IMG/VR virus record: IMGVR_UViG_3300014205_000021
Coordinates: 3,207 to 67,206 of that record
From: a virus
Lineage: Duplodnaviria > Caudoviricetes
Reading direction: 5' to 3' (one strand)
Length of the DNA: 64,000 nucleotides
Shown here: positions 1-9,049 of the stretch, in pieces
Numbering within the stretch: the first letter of the stretch is position 1
Layout of the letters: each line of letters starts with the position of its first letter
Made by a program: the position numbers and the translations under genes
Notes under the pieces: model-generated
The model's input: only the letters and a program-made list of their open reading frames with translations
What the model was told of the DNA's origin: nothing
Database searches by the model: none

Positions 1-616
1 CGGCCGCCTTATTGTCGACCTCGATCTTCAGGCTAGTGATCGTTGCGAGTTCGGAGCCGCTGCCCTCGACGTTGTCATACACCGCCGCGTGGAAGGAATC
101 GAAGGGCTGGCCGCCGTCCGCCGCAATCGGCGTTCCGCCTTGCGACGAGCTCGGCGCAAGAGGCTGCAAACCGATCATATCGCAAGTCAGCATCGTCATG
201 GCTTCGGGCTGGAAATCCCACGAGAGCTTCGAGACAAGCATGTCGTAGAACATCTGATGCTTATCGATATCGGTCGCGCCGTCCTCGATGCTGTAGACTT
301 GCGCGACCTTCCCGATGCCGAGATGCCCGTTCGTGTCGAACGAGTTAAACATCCCGCTCTCGAGCAGCCAGTCGTGCACGCCATAGATCAGCTCCTGCAC
401 GAGCGGGCCGGCGACCGACTTATTGCCGTGCCGGAAAACTTCGACCTGACGATCGTCGCGGATTTCGTTGCTCTCGACCGAGCCGATCTGCGGGATGATG
501 CCGTGGGTATTCCACCGCGTCCGCTTGTAGTCGCCCGTTGCCATCTGGCCGAGCTGAGCCTGCTTTTTGTAAAGCAGGCGCGACTCCGAGCCCTGCGCTG
601 CCGTCACGACCGTCAT
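1..616 (-). CDS. Tail tube (major tail) protein, truncated by the window edge
   Basis: Read manually (absent from the ORF track): ATG at 616 behind an AGGAG RBS; MTVVTAAQGSESRLLYKKQ...ESNEIRDDRQVEVFRHGNKSVAGPL...; open to base 1; follows the tail terminator gene. Confidence 0.8.
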   Translation of the reverse strand, partial: MTVVTAAQGSESRLLYKKQAQLGQMATGDYKRTRWNTHGIIPQIGSVESNEIRDDRQVEVFRHGNKSVAGPLVQELIYGVHDWLLESGMFNSFDTNGHLGIGKVAQVYSIEDGATDIDKHQMFYDMLVSKLSWDFQPEAMTMLTCDMIGLQPLAPSSSQGGTPIAADGGQPFDSFHAAVYDNVEGSGSELATITSLKIEVDNKAA

Positions 617-711
617 GGCGAAACTCTCCTCAGAAAAACCGGGGCTCCCCGTCGGGATTGCCGGCGCCTCTCGGCGTTGGCTTTACCGCAGCGGCCCCGC
701 CGCGCCGCGGT

Positions 712-1137
712 TTACCCATTTTGAGTTGCGTACAGAAACCAGCCAATCGAAACCTGAACTCTGATCCAGCTCGCATCCTCGACCGCCACGCCGACTCGCT
801 CCGCGTAGCGCGTGCGAACCGTGACCGAATCCGCCACTAGCGCGGTGCCGGCCTTGAAAGCTGCCGTGATGGCGTCGGCCATCGCCTCCGCTTTAGCAGT
901 CCCCTCACCGCTCGGATAGACCACACCGACTTGAAGCGTGCCTTCGTGCAGGTAGAGGCCGTCCTCGCCGCAGGATGCCTTTCGGCTGGGATTCGGGATC
1001 AGCGTCGGCTCAATCCACGGCTGGCCGGTTTGAGGCTCGAATGGCTTTCCCTCGTAAGCGACGCGCGTGGGCGCGTTCGGAACTGCGATGAGATGGGCCT
1101 GAAGCGCAGCCCGGATATTCTGCCGAAGAGAGGGCAT
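712..1137 (-). CDS. Tail terminator / tail completion protein (DUF4128-like)
   Basis: 141 aa; GTLQVGVVYPSGEG pattern; canonical position before the tail tube. Confidence 0.7.
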   Translation of the reverse strand: MPSLRQNIRAALQAHLIAVPNAPTRVAYEGKPFEPQTGQPWIEPTLIPNPSRKASCGEDGLYLHEGTLQVGVVYPSGEGTAKAEAMADAITAAFKAGTALVADSVTVRTRYAERVGVAVEDASWIRVQVSIGWFLYATQNG

Positions 1138-1631
1138 CAGACAATCCCTCGCCCGGGCACCGCACCGCCACCACCCGGGTTAGGCCCTCGGGCATTACCG
1201 GCTTTCAATCGCGCGATGGCGGCTTTCGTATAGGCGGACGCCTGGCCGACAACCGTCGTGACGATGTAGCGCCCCCGCTGGTTATATTCGCGGCCGAGCG
1301 AATCCTGCCCCACAAAGCCAAGCTCGAGCCGCAGCGCATACTCGGCCGTGTTCCCCATATAATAGACCTGCCCCATTTGCATCGTCGCGGCGACGAAATT
1401 GCAGCGCGCAAGCGAGTCCTGCCCGACACCGCCTTGACCGCCCGGGCGCTCGCCGATCTGCGCGAACCATGATCCACGGGAAAAGCCCGTCAGCACGGGC
1501 CAGCGGGTGACGATTTCCTCGTTCATCGTCTGGATCGTATCGACGATCACGATCGCCGGCGCGAGCTTTGCTTTCGCGCACCAGCGTTCGACGTCGACGA
1601 TGAATTCTTTCGGTGTTCCCCGGCTCGCCAC
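1137..1631 (-). CDS. HK97 gp10-like neck / tail-completion protein
   Basis: PVLTGFSRGSW and YMGNTAEYALRLELG motifs; synteny. Confidence 0.7.
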   Translation of the reverse strand: MASRGTPKEFIVDVERWCAKAKLAPAIVIVDTIQTMNEEIVTRWPVLTGFSRGSWFAQIGERPGGQGGVGQDSLARCNFVAATMQMGQVYYMGNTAEYALRLELGFVGQDSLGREYNQRGRYIVTTVVGQASAYTKAAIARLKAGNARGPNPGGGGAVPGRGIV

Positions 1632-1993
1632 TATGGCCGCCCCTGAATGATGAATGCGAACGGCTTGTCGTCGACGTCGAGCATTTCGACGTCCATCACG
1701 GAAAACTTATATCGCCCAAATTCGATCCGGTCACCGTTCTGCGGCGTGCACTGAAGCCCGAGCCCTTGCAGGATCAGTTTTTTATCCTGCCGCTGCACCC
1801 GTGTGCCGTCGATTTCTCGGAAGGTGTATGCGGTCACAATCCCGAAGGCGTCGAACTCTTCCTCGGTCACTTCCGCGCTGCCGGTCGCGTTGTCATACGC
1901 TCCGGTGCGGCGCCGAAAGATCAGCATATCGCGGCCGTCCTCCTCGAGCGCAGCCGCGACGGATTCCCGATAGTCGTCGCCCGCGTCGCTCAT
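1631..1993 (-). CDS. Head closure (stopper) protein
   Basis: GAYDNATG...IDGTRVQRQDKKLIL...GDRIEFG pattern; synteny. Confidence 0.65.
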   Translation of the reverse strand: MSDAGDDYRESVAAALEEDGRDMLIFRRRTGAYDNATGSAEVTEEEFDAFGIVTAYTFREIDGTRVQRQDKKLILQGLGLQCTPQNGDRIEFGRYKFSVMDVEMLDVDDKPFAFIIQGRP

Positions 1994-2439
1994 TGGTCGC
2001 GCCGGTTCGGGTCGGGCTGCGGGCCGAGCGCCGACGGGTTGTCGTCCATCCCGATATCGAACTGTGATCGAGGCCGATCCGTGTTTGCCTCGACGCGGTT
2101 CATCTCTCCGATGCTCACGCCGCCGACATACGGCATTCCGAGTCCGCCGGGCCGTTCGGTTTTCTGCGCCCGCAAACGAGTGGCGAGGTCGGCATAAAGC
2201 TGTGCCTGCTCGCCGCCGCTCTTCGAGAAGCTGCCGATCTGCACGCTCGAAACCCGCGAATATTTTGCCGAGAGGCGGTCGGCGCAGACCGCCGCCGCCT
2301 CGAGCGGGTCGCTATAGATACCGAGGATCGCGTTGATCTCCTCGTCGCTCAGCCGCGGCGCGGTGTCGACCGTGTCGCTCAGGTAGAAGCGCACGAGATC
2401 CTGCTTGCGCGAAAGGTCTTCCTTGTAGGTGAAGCTCAC
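1990..2439 (-). CDS. Head-tail adaptor / connector protein
   Basis: VRFYLSDT...LSDEEINAIL...AAAVCAD pattern; synteny. Confidence 0.65.
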   Translation of the reverse strand: MSFTYKEDLSRKQDLVRFYLSDTVDTAPRLSDEEINAILGIYSDPLEAAAVCADRLSAKYSRVSSVQIGSFSKSGGEQAQLYADLATRLRAQKTERPGGLGMPYVGGVSIGEMNRVEANTDRPRSQFDIGMDDNPSALGPQPDPNRRDQ

Positions 2440-2765
2440 GGGATCACGCCTCCCTGCGGGTTCGCGTCATTCGCGCGCAGCACGAGTGTGCCGTCGATGG
2501 CCGCGCGGGTAACGCCGGTCTTTCCCTCGATGTGATAATAGGCCGTCCCGGGATCCGCGACCTTCGAGTCCCACCGCGCGACGTACCCGCACGTGTCGGT
2601 TTCCATCGCAATATCCGCATTCGTTTTCACGCCGTTTACGAGATAGGAAACTCGCACGGTCGCGCTCTCGACCGTCGTCGGGTTGCCGTCCTCATCCTCG
2701 AAGGCTGCGTGAAACGCGACGACGTTATTCCGGGTGATGACGTCCGCGATTGCCTGAGCCTTCAT
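2436..2765 (-). CDS. Small Ig-like virion protein (BppU N-terminal-like), putative fibre adaptor
   Basis: ATG at 2765: MKAQAIADVITRNNVVAFHAAFEDEDGNP...; beta-strand periodicity; lies in the neck module. Confidence 0.45.
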   Translation of the reverse strand: MKAQAIADVITRNNVVAFHAAFEDEDGNPTTVESATVRVSYLVNGVKTNADIAMETDTCGYVARWDSKVADPGTAYYHIEGKTGVTRAAIDGTLVLRANDANPQGGVIP

Positions 2766-3543
2766 CGAGGAGCCCCCAGATATTGCCGCTGAACATTTCT
2801 TCTTCGGTGAACTGGCAATACGCGAGCGAGCGAAGCCAGCGGGTGCGGTCTGGATAGCGCGGGCGCTCAATCTCCACAAGCTCCGTGCGGCCGACGGCAG
2901 CGGCCGCGCAGCTCGGATCAACAAAAACCGGGCAACCAAGCATCACGGCTTCGACCGCGGCGACGCTCCCGTGGGTCACCAGCGCGTGTGCGCCTCGCAG
3001 ATCATCGCCTAGCGGCGTCTGGCTGTTCTTCTCGCGGATGCGAACCGGTCGCCGGGTGAGCTCACGCAAGCGGGCGACCGTGACGGCCGTCCAGTCCGGG
3101 ATCCCGTGGAAAGCCGCATAGGTCTCGCTCGGAGCCGCGACCACGATATGCTCGCCCTCCCGCCGCCAAGGCCCCGGAGGGGCCCGGAGAAGCGATAAAC
3201 GGTCATCCGGGCGGTCAACTACCCTCCGCATCTGAAAATCGTTCAGGTGCCAGCGGTAATAGCCGCCATTCGTGCCCCGGGGGAGCCAGGTCGTGTGGCT
3301 TCGGCGCAAATACCCCCGATCCCAATACAGCCACGGGCGCCCGGAGGCCTGCCAGCGGTCGAGCAAAGGCCTGAGCGGCGGCCAGCCGCCCACGGCCGGT
3401 ATCTGATCCGCCGGCAGGCGCTCCAAGTCCTCGAGAGTTTTCACCGGGCCGCCTGTCGCGCGCGCGAGCCGCTCGAAGAGCTGCATCTTGAAAGGCTTGA
3501 GACCGGGCGTGAAGAAAATCCGAACTTTCCGTGCGGTGATCAT
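2725..3543 (-). CDS. Glycosyltransferase-like protein (capsule-synthesis KpsS/KpsC-like GT-B C-terminus)
   Basis: ATG at 3543; YWDRGY and HALVTHGSVAAVEAVMLGCPVF...WLRSLAYCQFTEEEM motifs. Confidence 0.55.
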   Translation of the reverse strand: MITARKVRIFFTPGLKPFKMQLFERLARATGGPVKTLEDLERLPADQIPAVGGWPPLRPLLDRWQASGRPWLYWDRGYLRRSHTTWLPRGTNGGYYRWHLNDFQMRRVVDRPDDRLSLLRAPPGPWRREGEHIVVAAPSETYAAFHGIPDWTAVTVARLRELTRRPVRIREKNSQTPLGDDLRGAHALVTHGSVAAVEAVMLGCPVFVDPSCAAAAVGRTELVEIERPRYPDRTRWLRSLAYCQFTEEEMFSGNIWGLLDEGSGNRGRHHPE

Positions 3544-4247
3544 GGTCGCCAGTGTTTTTCTACCCACGGGAGCTGCGCGAACCCCGCCGGCTGCCGTCGG
3601 CCATTGAACGTCACGAGACGCGCGCCAGCCGGCAACTCGTTCGTGCTCTCTGGCCACCCGGGCTTTCGGAAAACATAGACACCGGACTCGGAGCCACATT
3701 TCCACCCGGCGGCTCCCGGCAGCTTTGCGGCGAGCCAGCCTTGATCGTCTGGAAACTCGAAAAACGGTGTCTTGGCCACCGCGTCGATCGAGAACTCGCG
3801 CCAGACATGCGGATTGCACCCTCGGCGCAGCATCATGAGCGCGCCGTTATACGGGCATGGGTTTGCCGCATTTCCGCCCTGCATGATCACGAAAGGCTCG
3901 ACGCGCGCGAAAAGTGGATCAAGCTCGCCCGTGATCACGGTGTCGAGATCAACACACACCAGCCGATCGTCGATCTGCACGGCCTGCTGCCAGACAGGAT
4001 CAAACATACGGAGTCGGGCGAGACACCCCGGGCGCTCAAGCAGATATCGATCCTCTGGCGGAATCTCCGCCACGCTGAAAATCATCGAGTCGACATAGCG
4101 ATAGTCCCGCGCGTGCGAGAACGGTCGATCCGCTATCAGCAGAAAGCGAAAAGGCCGGCGGAGGTTTCGCCGCAAGCCGCCGACGAGCTTCGCGACGTCG
4201 TCGGCGCTAAATTTCGTCCCCCATAGCCATGTGGCAATCGTCAGCAT
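3540..4247 (-). CDS. GT-A (GT8-like) glycosyltransferase
   Basis: ATG at 4247; WGTKFSADDV, DxD motif VDLDTVITG, NGALM, DDQGW, LVTFNG. Confidence 0.7.
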   Translation of the reverse strand: MLTIATWLWGTKFSADDVAKLVGGLRRNLRRPFRFLLIADRPFSHARDYRYVDSMIFSVAEIPPEDRYLLERPGCLARLRMFDPVWQQAVQIDDRLVCVDLDTVITGELDPLFARVEPFVIMQGGNAANPCPYNGALMMLRRGCNPHVWREFSIDAVAKTPFFEFPDDQGWLAAKLPGAAGWKCGSESGVYVFRKPGWPESTNELPAGARLVTFNGRRQPAGFAQLPWVEKHWRP

Positions 4248-5047
4248 CGGTTTGCTCCTTTGCGCATCGTCGTGGCGCGCTCCGCCGCCTCGATCACATC
4301 CTCGACGGTAATTTTCGACATAGCCTCGCGGCAATGCGCGCACGGCTTGAGCGCGCCGCACGGTTTTTCGTCGCCGACATAGATATTCTCGTGCAGCGGG
4401 TAGCCGGTCGTCCGGGGATGAATCCACGCGCCAAAAAGAACGACCGCCGGAATACCGAGCGCCGCCGCGGTGTGGTGCATCCCGCCCTCGGGCCCGATCC
4501 ATAACTTGGCGGCGCGAAGAAGCGACGCGGCCGCGCGCCAGTTCACCGTCAGTATCGCGTCCGTGCGGTTCTCGAGATGGTACGGCGCATCCGGTGAAAC
4601 GAACTGAACGACCCGGTGCCCTGCCGCGATGATCATTGCGGCTATCGCCTCGTAACGTTCCCGCGGCCACTGCTTGTTGATCGCCGAATCCTTTTTCGCG
4701 ACATTCGGGTCGATCACGACGAAGCCATGCCGTATATGGTCGAGCATCGCGTCTTCCGTCGCGGAGAAAAACAGCTCGCCGGGCGTTGCGCGGAAGCTAT
4801 CGTTGAATTCCCAATTCTTGCCCCGGATCGGACGGACATAAGTCCGATGCCCTTGATAGAAATGGTTCCACTCGATGTCTGGCGCGCCCTCGTCGCCTGG
4901 CCGCGCGACGTTCGGGTTTCCGCGAAACACCATATCGCCGTAGAGCCCCCAGATGATCCGCGTGCCATCACCGAACGCGATGCGCTTACCCCGGGCAAGC
5001 GCGCCCCGCGCCATGCCGCTCGCCATAACCTCATCGCCAATTCCCAT
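4241..5047 (-). CDS. GT9 (heptosyltransferase-like) glycosyltransferase
   Basis: GAGGAG RBS; MGIGDEVM; GPEGGMHHTAAALGIPAVVLFG; C-terminal CxxC cluster. Confidence 0.8.
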   Translation of the reverse strand: MGIGDEVMASGMARGALARGKRIAFGDGTRIIWGLYGDMVFRGNPNVARPGDEGAPDIEWNHFYQGHRTYVRPIRGKNWEFNDSFRATPGELFFSATEDAMLDHIRHGFVVIDPNVAKKDSAINKQWPRERYEAIAAMIIAAGHRVVQFVSPDAPYHLENRTDAILTVNWRAAASLLRAAKLWIGPEGGMHHTAAALGIPAVVLFGAWIHPRTTGYPLHENIYVGDEKPCGALKPCAHCREAMSKITVEDVIEAAERATTMRKGANRC

Positions 5048-5177
5048 CTTGCGTCTCCTCGGCCGTGACTCGCCAGCCGGGGAAGAACCGGTGGGAGTAT
5101 TCCTGCCACTGATAGTCGAAAGCGAAATGCGTGCAGCTCGGCACCGCGAGCGCGACCCGACGACGAAGCCAGATCAA
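5031..5177 (-). CDS. Small hypothetical protein (48 aa)
   Basis: TTG start overlapping the upstream stop; fills the gap in the operon. Confidence 0.35.
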   Translation of the reverse strand: MIWLRRRVALAVPSCTHFAFDYQWQEYSHRFFPGWRVTAEETQDGNWR

Positions 5178-5866
5178 AACCGGCAAATCGACTCGAGGGC
5201 TTCCTCGCTCGTGACCTTTGGAAAGCATGTGATCGCACTCCCGGGGTTCGCATTCACGACCCGGATGCCGGCGGCTTCTAGCTGAGGCACCGCGGTCGCG
5301 AAATGATTTGCCCAATCGCCCCACCCGGCAGCCTGCCCACGGGAGAACCACGGGTTCAAGCTGCCCGCGTGATGTTTTCCCCCGGGTTTTAAATCGGTCG
5401 TGTAATCGTAGCCGAATAGGAAGATCACCCGAGGGCGCCGATGGTACGCAAAGCCGAGCCCGCTATAACCGGAGCAGAATCCCGAATGGATCACGCACGG
5501 GTCTTCCGAAAGGCCGCCACGCTCGTGTGAGCGCCGAAGATAAAACGCCCCCGGGCAAACGCGCCCCACCCGGTTTGGCCGATCCGGCGGGACGACGAGC
5601 CAGAGCTTTTTTGCCGAGGCCTCGCGGCACATCAAATCCCATGCATGCGGCCGCTGCGGCCAGTTCAAATCCATGCTCACCGTAGCCTCGTGAAAGTCGA
5701 CTAGGCGGCACGCTTCCTTGATCGCCACGACGTGCGCGCGCCCGCGAAGCCGCTCGAGCGCAACCCCGTCGACACTCGGGCCGCTCCCGAGCAGCACGAC
5801 CGGAAGGTCGTCCCACGAGGGTTCGTTCGCCGGCGTGCAAAAAGGCTGATTCACGAGCTGCATCAC
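5174..5866 (-). CDS. Maf/DUF115-like (GT29/GT42-fold) putative nonulosonate or Kdo transferase
   Basis: LLGSGPSVD, VVAIKEA and SGYSGLGFAYHRRPRVIFLFGYDY match the GxGPS ... S-x2-A-x3-A...I-x-L-x-G-x-D signature. Confidence 0.6.
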   Translation of the reverse strand: MMQLVNQPFCTPANEPSWDDLPVVLLGSGPSVDGVALERLRGRAHVVAIKEACRLVDFHEATVSMDLNWPQRPHAWDLMCREASAKKLWLVVPPDRPNRVGRVCPGAFYLRRSHERGGLSEDPCVIHSGFCSGYSGLGFAYHRRPRVIFLFGYDYTTDLKPGGKHHAGSLNPWFSRGQAAGWGDWANHFATAVPQLEAAGIRVVNANPGSAITCFPKVTSEEALESICRF

Positions 5867-6237
5867 GCGGCTGCCGGGGCTTCCCGCTCGGACTTCACTT
5901 TCGCGGCGGCTTTGCGCTTTTTCTTCTTCGGTTTCTTTTTCGCCGGCGTGTTAATTTTTTCGGGAGCCGCCACCGCGGCGGGCGCTGCCTTTGCAGATCC
6001 CGCGAAAGTCCCCGCCGGCACGACCCGCTTGAGAGAGGCCCACCCGCGAATGACCGGCGGCGCGACCTTGTAGTCTATTCTGCGCTGCTCATAGAGCTGG
6101 CGCATTAGCCGCGTGGTCGCTTCGCCTCGAGGAAAATCCTGCCCTGCCTCAAGCGTGAGGTCGGCCCTTAGGCGGACTTGTCGCGTAACGACGTAATCCG
6201 CTGCCGGGTCGAAGGGCGGAAGCCATATTCTTGCCAT
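5863..6237 (-). CDS. Small head-associated protein with a Lys/Ala-rich basic tail
   Basis: ATG at 6237 (MARIWLPPFDP...); C-terminal AKKKPKKKKRKAAAK; directly after the capsid gene. Confidence 0.6.
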   Translation of the reverse strand: MARIWLPPFDPAADYVVTRQVRLRADLTLEAGQDFPRGEATTRLMRQLYEQRRIDYKVAPPVIRGWASLKRVVPAGTFAGSAKAAPAAVAAPEKINTPAKKKPKKKKRKAAAKVKSEREAPAAA

Positions 6238-6314
6238 TGCTTCGCTCCGTCCTGATGTGAAAAGGGCGGCGGTTTTTACCCGCCGCCCCTTTGATTGTAA
6301 TCGCGCGACTGCGC

Positions 6315-7292
6315 TTAGTCGACGATGTTTTCCCAGAACGTGCCCATGTCGGCCGCGACGACCTTCTGATCGAGCGCCATCTGGATTTCGACGCGATCCG
6401 AGTCCTCGCGGTCGAGGCGGATCGTCTTGATCCGCGTGCCGCTCTGCGAGGCTCCGAACCACCCCGCCCAGCTGAACGTGTAGCCGGCCGACGGCGTCAT
6501 GATGCCGGGGTTCGGCGCGACGTAGCAAAGGAGCGCATGCTTGCCGCCGATGAAGGAATGCGAATTCGCAAGCCCCTTCTTCGCGGTGTTGCGGATCGAG
6601 TCCATCACCAGCACGCGCTCGACCTCGAAGAGCTGCGCGAGCGTGTTCTTGTTCACGATCGCGGGCGACCCGGGGCTCGACGAATACTTGATGCGGTCGA
6701 TGATTTCCGGATGGTCGACGAGAGAGTCGAACACGCGGCGCCCCATCACGAGAGTGTTCGGCCGGAAGCCGGTCGATTCCGCCTGCGTGGTTGCGGCCGC
6801 ACGCACGTTCTCGACGGGCGTCGACGACGAGATATTCCAGTGCGGCACCTGGCCGGTGGCTCCGCCGCCGTCGTAGTCGTTCGTCCACACGCCGCCCTGG
6901 AAATACTTGGTCGCCCACAGCACTTCGCGTTTGATCAGCGCCTTCAGCGTAACGATGTAGGTCGTCTCACGGTCGAGGTCGAGCGGCGCATCAGCGTTCG
7001 CACGGATCTCGTCCGGGATATCGTGGTGATAGGCGTAGACCGGCGCGTAATAGGTCGGCGTAGAGTCGACCGTATAGCCACGGCCGGCGCTCTCGGTGCC
7101 GGGCGCACGCAGCTCCATCTCATCGCGGTTCATTTCGCCGCGATCGTAGGTGAAATAACGATCCGACTGCTTCTGCACCGGAACGTTCGGGAAGACCTGA
7201 TCGGCAACGAAGTTTGCGGCGTCCTGCATGAACGCCACGCTGATATTGGTCAGCGGGCGATTAACGTGGACGTCGCCACGGGTGGGTTGCAT
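6315..7292 (-). CDS. Major capsid protein (lambda gpE-like, HK97 fold)
   Basis: 325 aa; PLTNISVAF...FVADQVFPNVPV; AAGGA RBS; synteny. Confidence 0.9.
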   Translation of the reverse strand: MQPTRGDVHVNRPLTNISVAFMQDAANFVADQVFPNVPVQKQSDRYFTYDRGEMNRDEMELRAPGTESAGRGYTVDSTPTYYAPVYAYHHDIPDEIRANADAPLDLDRETTYIVTLKALIKREVLWATKYFQGGVWTNDYDGGGATGQVPHWNISSSTPVENVRAAATTQAESTGFRPNTLVMGRRVFDSLVDHPEIIDRIKYSSSPGSPAIVNKNTLAQLFEVERVLVMDSIRNTAKKGLANSHSFIGGKHALLCYVAPNPGIMTPSAGYTFSWAGWFGASQSGTRIKTIRLDREDSDRVEIQMALDQKVVAADMGTFWENIVD

Positions 7293-7360
7293 GTGGAAGT
7301 TTCCTTCTAAGGGACAAGGCGTCTCACGACGCCGCTATGTTGCGTTTGCTAGGCGGCCGC

Positions 7361-7729
7361 TTACGCGGTGCCGAGCGGCTGCCAGAGAATTCCGATGATC
7401 GCACCCGCGCCACCGGCGTTACCCTCGACCGCAACGCCGAGCGAATTATCGTCGCTGCTGCCGACCGGGACGGCCCGGCCCTGACTATCGGTGGAGACAC
7501 GCGCACCAGCCGTGATGTTCGTGCCGCATTCGACGTCCATGATACCGCCGATCCCGACCGCAACCTCGCGGTTGGAATCCGCCGCCTTTTCCTGAATGAC
7601 GCCCACGGCCTTCTCGCCGTCGACGCTGCAAGGAACGATTTTGCCTTCGGAGTCGAGCTTGCCGAACCGATACTGAGCGGTGATCGCGCTGCCCGACGGG
7701 AAGGTAACTCGCTGGATCTTATTTTCCAC
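7361..7729 (-). CDS. Capsid decoration / cement protein (DUF2190-like)
   Basis: AVGVIQEKA...VECGTNITAGARVSTDSQGRAV; immediately upstream of the capsid gene. Confidence 0.75.
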   Translation of the reverse strand: MENKIQRVTFPSGSAITAQYRFGKLDSEGKIVPCSVDGEKAVGVIQEKAADSNREVAVGIGGIMDVECGTNITAGARVSTDSQGRAVPVGSSDDNSLGVAVEGNAGGAGAIIGILWQPLGTA

Positions 7730-7801
7730 TTTCGCTCTCCCCTGCCGGCGGGCTCTTGGCCCGCCGCGTGAGTTAAGGTTTGGGTTTACCGGACGGCCGC
7801 G

Positions 7802-9049
7802 TTATGCGGCAGTCCGACGCGCTTCGGCCTGCTCTTGCAGCATCCGACCGTACAGTTCGCCGCCCTCGGGGGTTTCGAGCACCTTCGAGTAAGCCTTCGC
7901 GAACGAGAGCTTCGGATCCTGCTTCTGCAAATCCTTCGCCTTCTTATCGAGTTCTTCTTCGGCATCGCCTTTGCTGCCGCCCTTCTCGCCGGCACCGCCC
8001 GCCTCTTTGCCGACCGCCGCGAGCGCGGCATTGCCGGCCTTCAGCATGGCCTCGAGCGTTTTCGCGACCGGCTCGTCGAGCTTGCGAACCGCCGCGATGG
8101 CCGCGGCCTTGTCCGCGTCCGTGCCCGGCAGCTTGTCGTAGGTTTTCGCGACCTCGGCGGTGATCGTGGTGATGAGCGAGGTTTCGCCCATCTTCTCGAG
8201 CCGCGCCTGGCTGGCAACGATCATGTTCTGCTGCTGTTTCAGGATCGCGTAGACGCTCGGGCCGACCTCAGACTTGAGGATCGTGGTCGTACCGATCGTG
8301 AAGCTCTCGTCGCCCGAGGACGTCACGACCGGGTGCGCCTTCATATACGCGACCTTGTCCTCGGCCTTGAGAAACTCGGCCTTCGATTCGTCGCTCTTGA
8401 GCGCGTCGAGATATTCGCGCTGATCGTTCGGCAGGAGCGCCTTCGCGAGCGCGGCAGTCGTGCCATCGAGCTGCTTCTTCAGCGTATCGATGGTCGCGGT
8501 TGCGCCCTCGCTCGACTTTTTGACCGCATCGTCGATCAGCTTCTGGATTTCTTCCTTCGTCATAGCCGTTACCTCGTGACCGGGTGAGAACAGTCCCGCC
8601 GTAGCGGGGTTTTCAGACAAGAGCTTCGTAAGCTCGACTTCGACGTCGGGAAACTGATCCCGGAGAGCCGTCAAAAACTGACCGACTGAAACGCCTATTT
8701 GCGCCATCTTGTCGGCCAACACAAGACCGTCATCGGCCGCGATGGATTTGATGCTTTCCTGCAGCGCGCAAAAAAGCGGCCAGAGGGCTTCGTCGACTTC
8801 CCAGCGGCGCCGCTCTTCTTCGCGCTCGGTGAGAACCTGTTCGAAGGTCTGTGCACCTTCCTCGTCCTTGAAAAGCGAAATCAGCACGCTCGCCAGTTCG
8901 GATTTCTGAACTGCGGCAGCCGGCTTACCGGCGGCGCTTTTCCAAAGCGCCACACGCGCGTGCTGATTGCCCCCTCGCGTTACGCCGGAAACCTCCGAGA
9001 GCTTTAGCTCCGTGAGATAGCCGCGAACCTTCTTTCCCTTGATGATCAT
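7802..9049 (-). CDS. Scaffolding protein with an N-terminal protease-like strand
   Basis: Helical, charged 415 aa; N-terminal LTELKLSEVSGVTRGGNQHARV; C-terminal LSFAKAYSKVL. Confidence 0.65.
   Translation of the reverse strand: MIIKGKKVRGYLTELKLSEVSGVTRGGNQHARVALWKSAAGKPAAAVQKSELASVLISLFKDEEGAQTFEQVLTEREEERRRWEVDEALWPLFCALQESIKSIAADDGLVLADKMAQIGVSVGQFLTALRDQFPDVEVELTKLLSENPATAGLFSPGHEVTAMTKEEIQKLIDDAVKKSSEGATATIDTLKKQLDGTTAALAKALLPNDQREYLDALKSDESKAEFLKAEDKVAYMKAHPVVTSSGDESFTIGTTTILKSEVGPSVYAILKQQQNMIVASQARLEKMGETSLITTITAEVAKTYDKLPGTDADKAAAIAAVRKLDEPVAKTLEAMLKAGNAALAAVGKEAGGAGEKGGSKGDAEEELDKKAKDLQKQDPKLSFAKAYSKVLETPEGGELYGRMLQEQAEARRTAA

Noticed and set aside
2725-5866. Glycosyltransferases as DNA hypermodification enzymes
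   Set aside because: No thymidylate-synthase-like, TET/JBP, kinase or dedicated polymerase genes; the location is late/structural. Disfavoured but not excluded.
620-7800. GGTAAACC word shared by late intergenic gaps (about 700 and 7785, minus strand) as a late promoter
   Set aside because: Only two short matches; not distinguishable from chance by eye.
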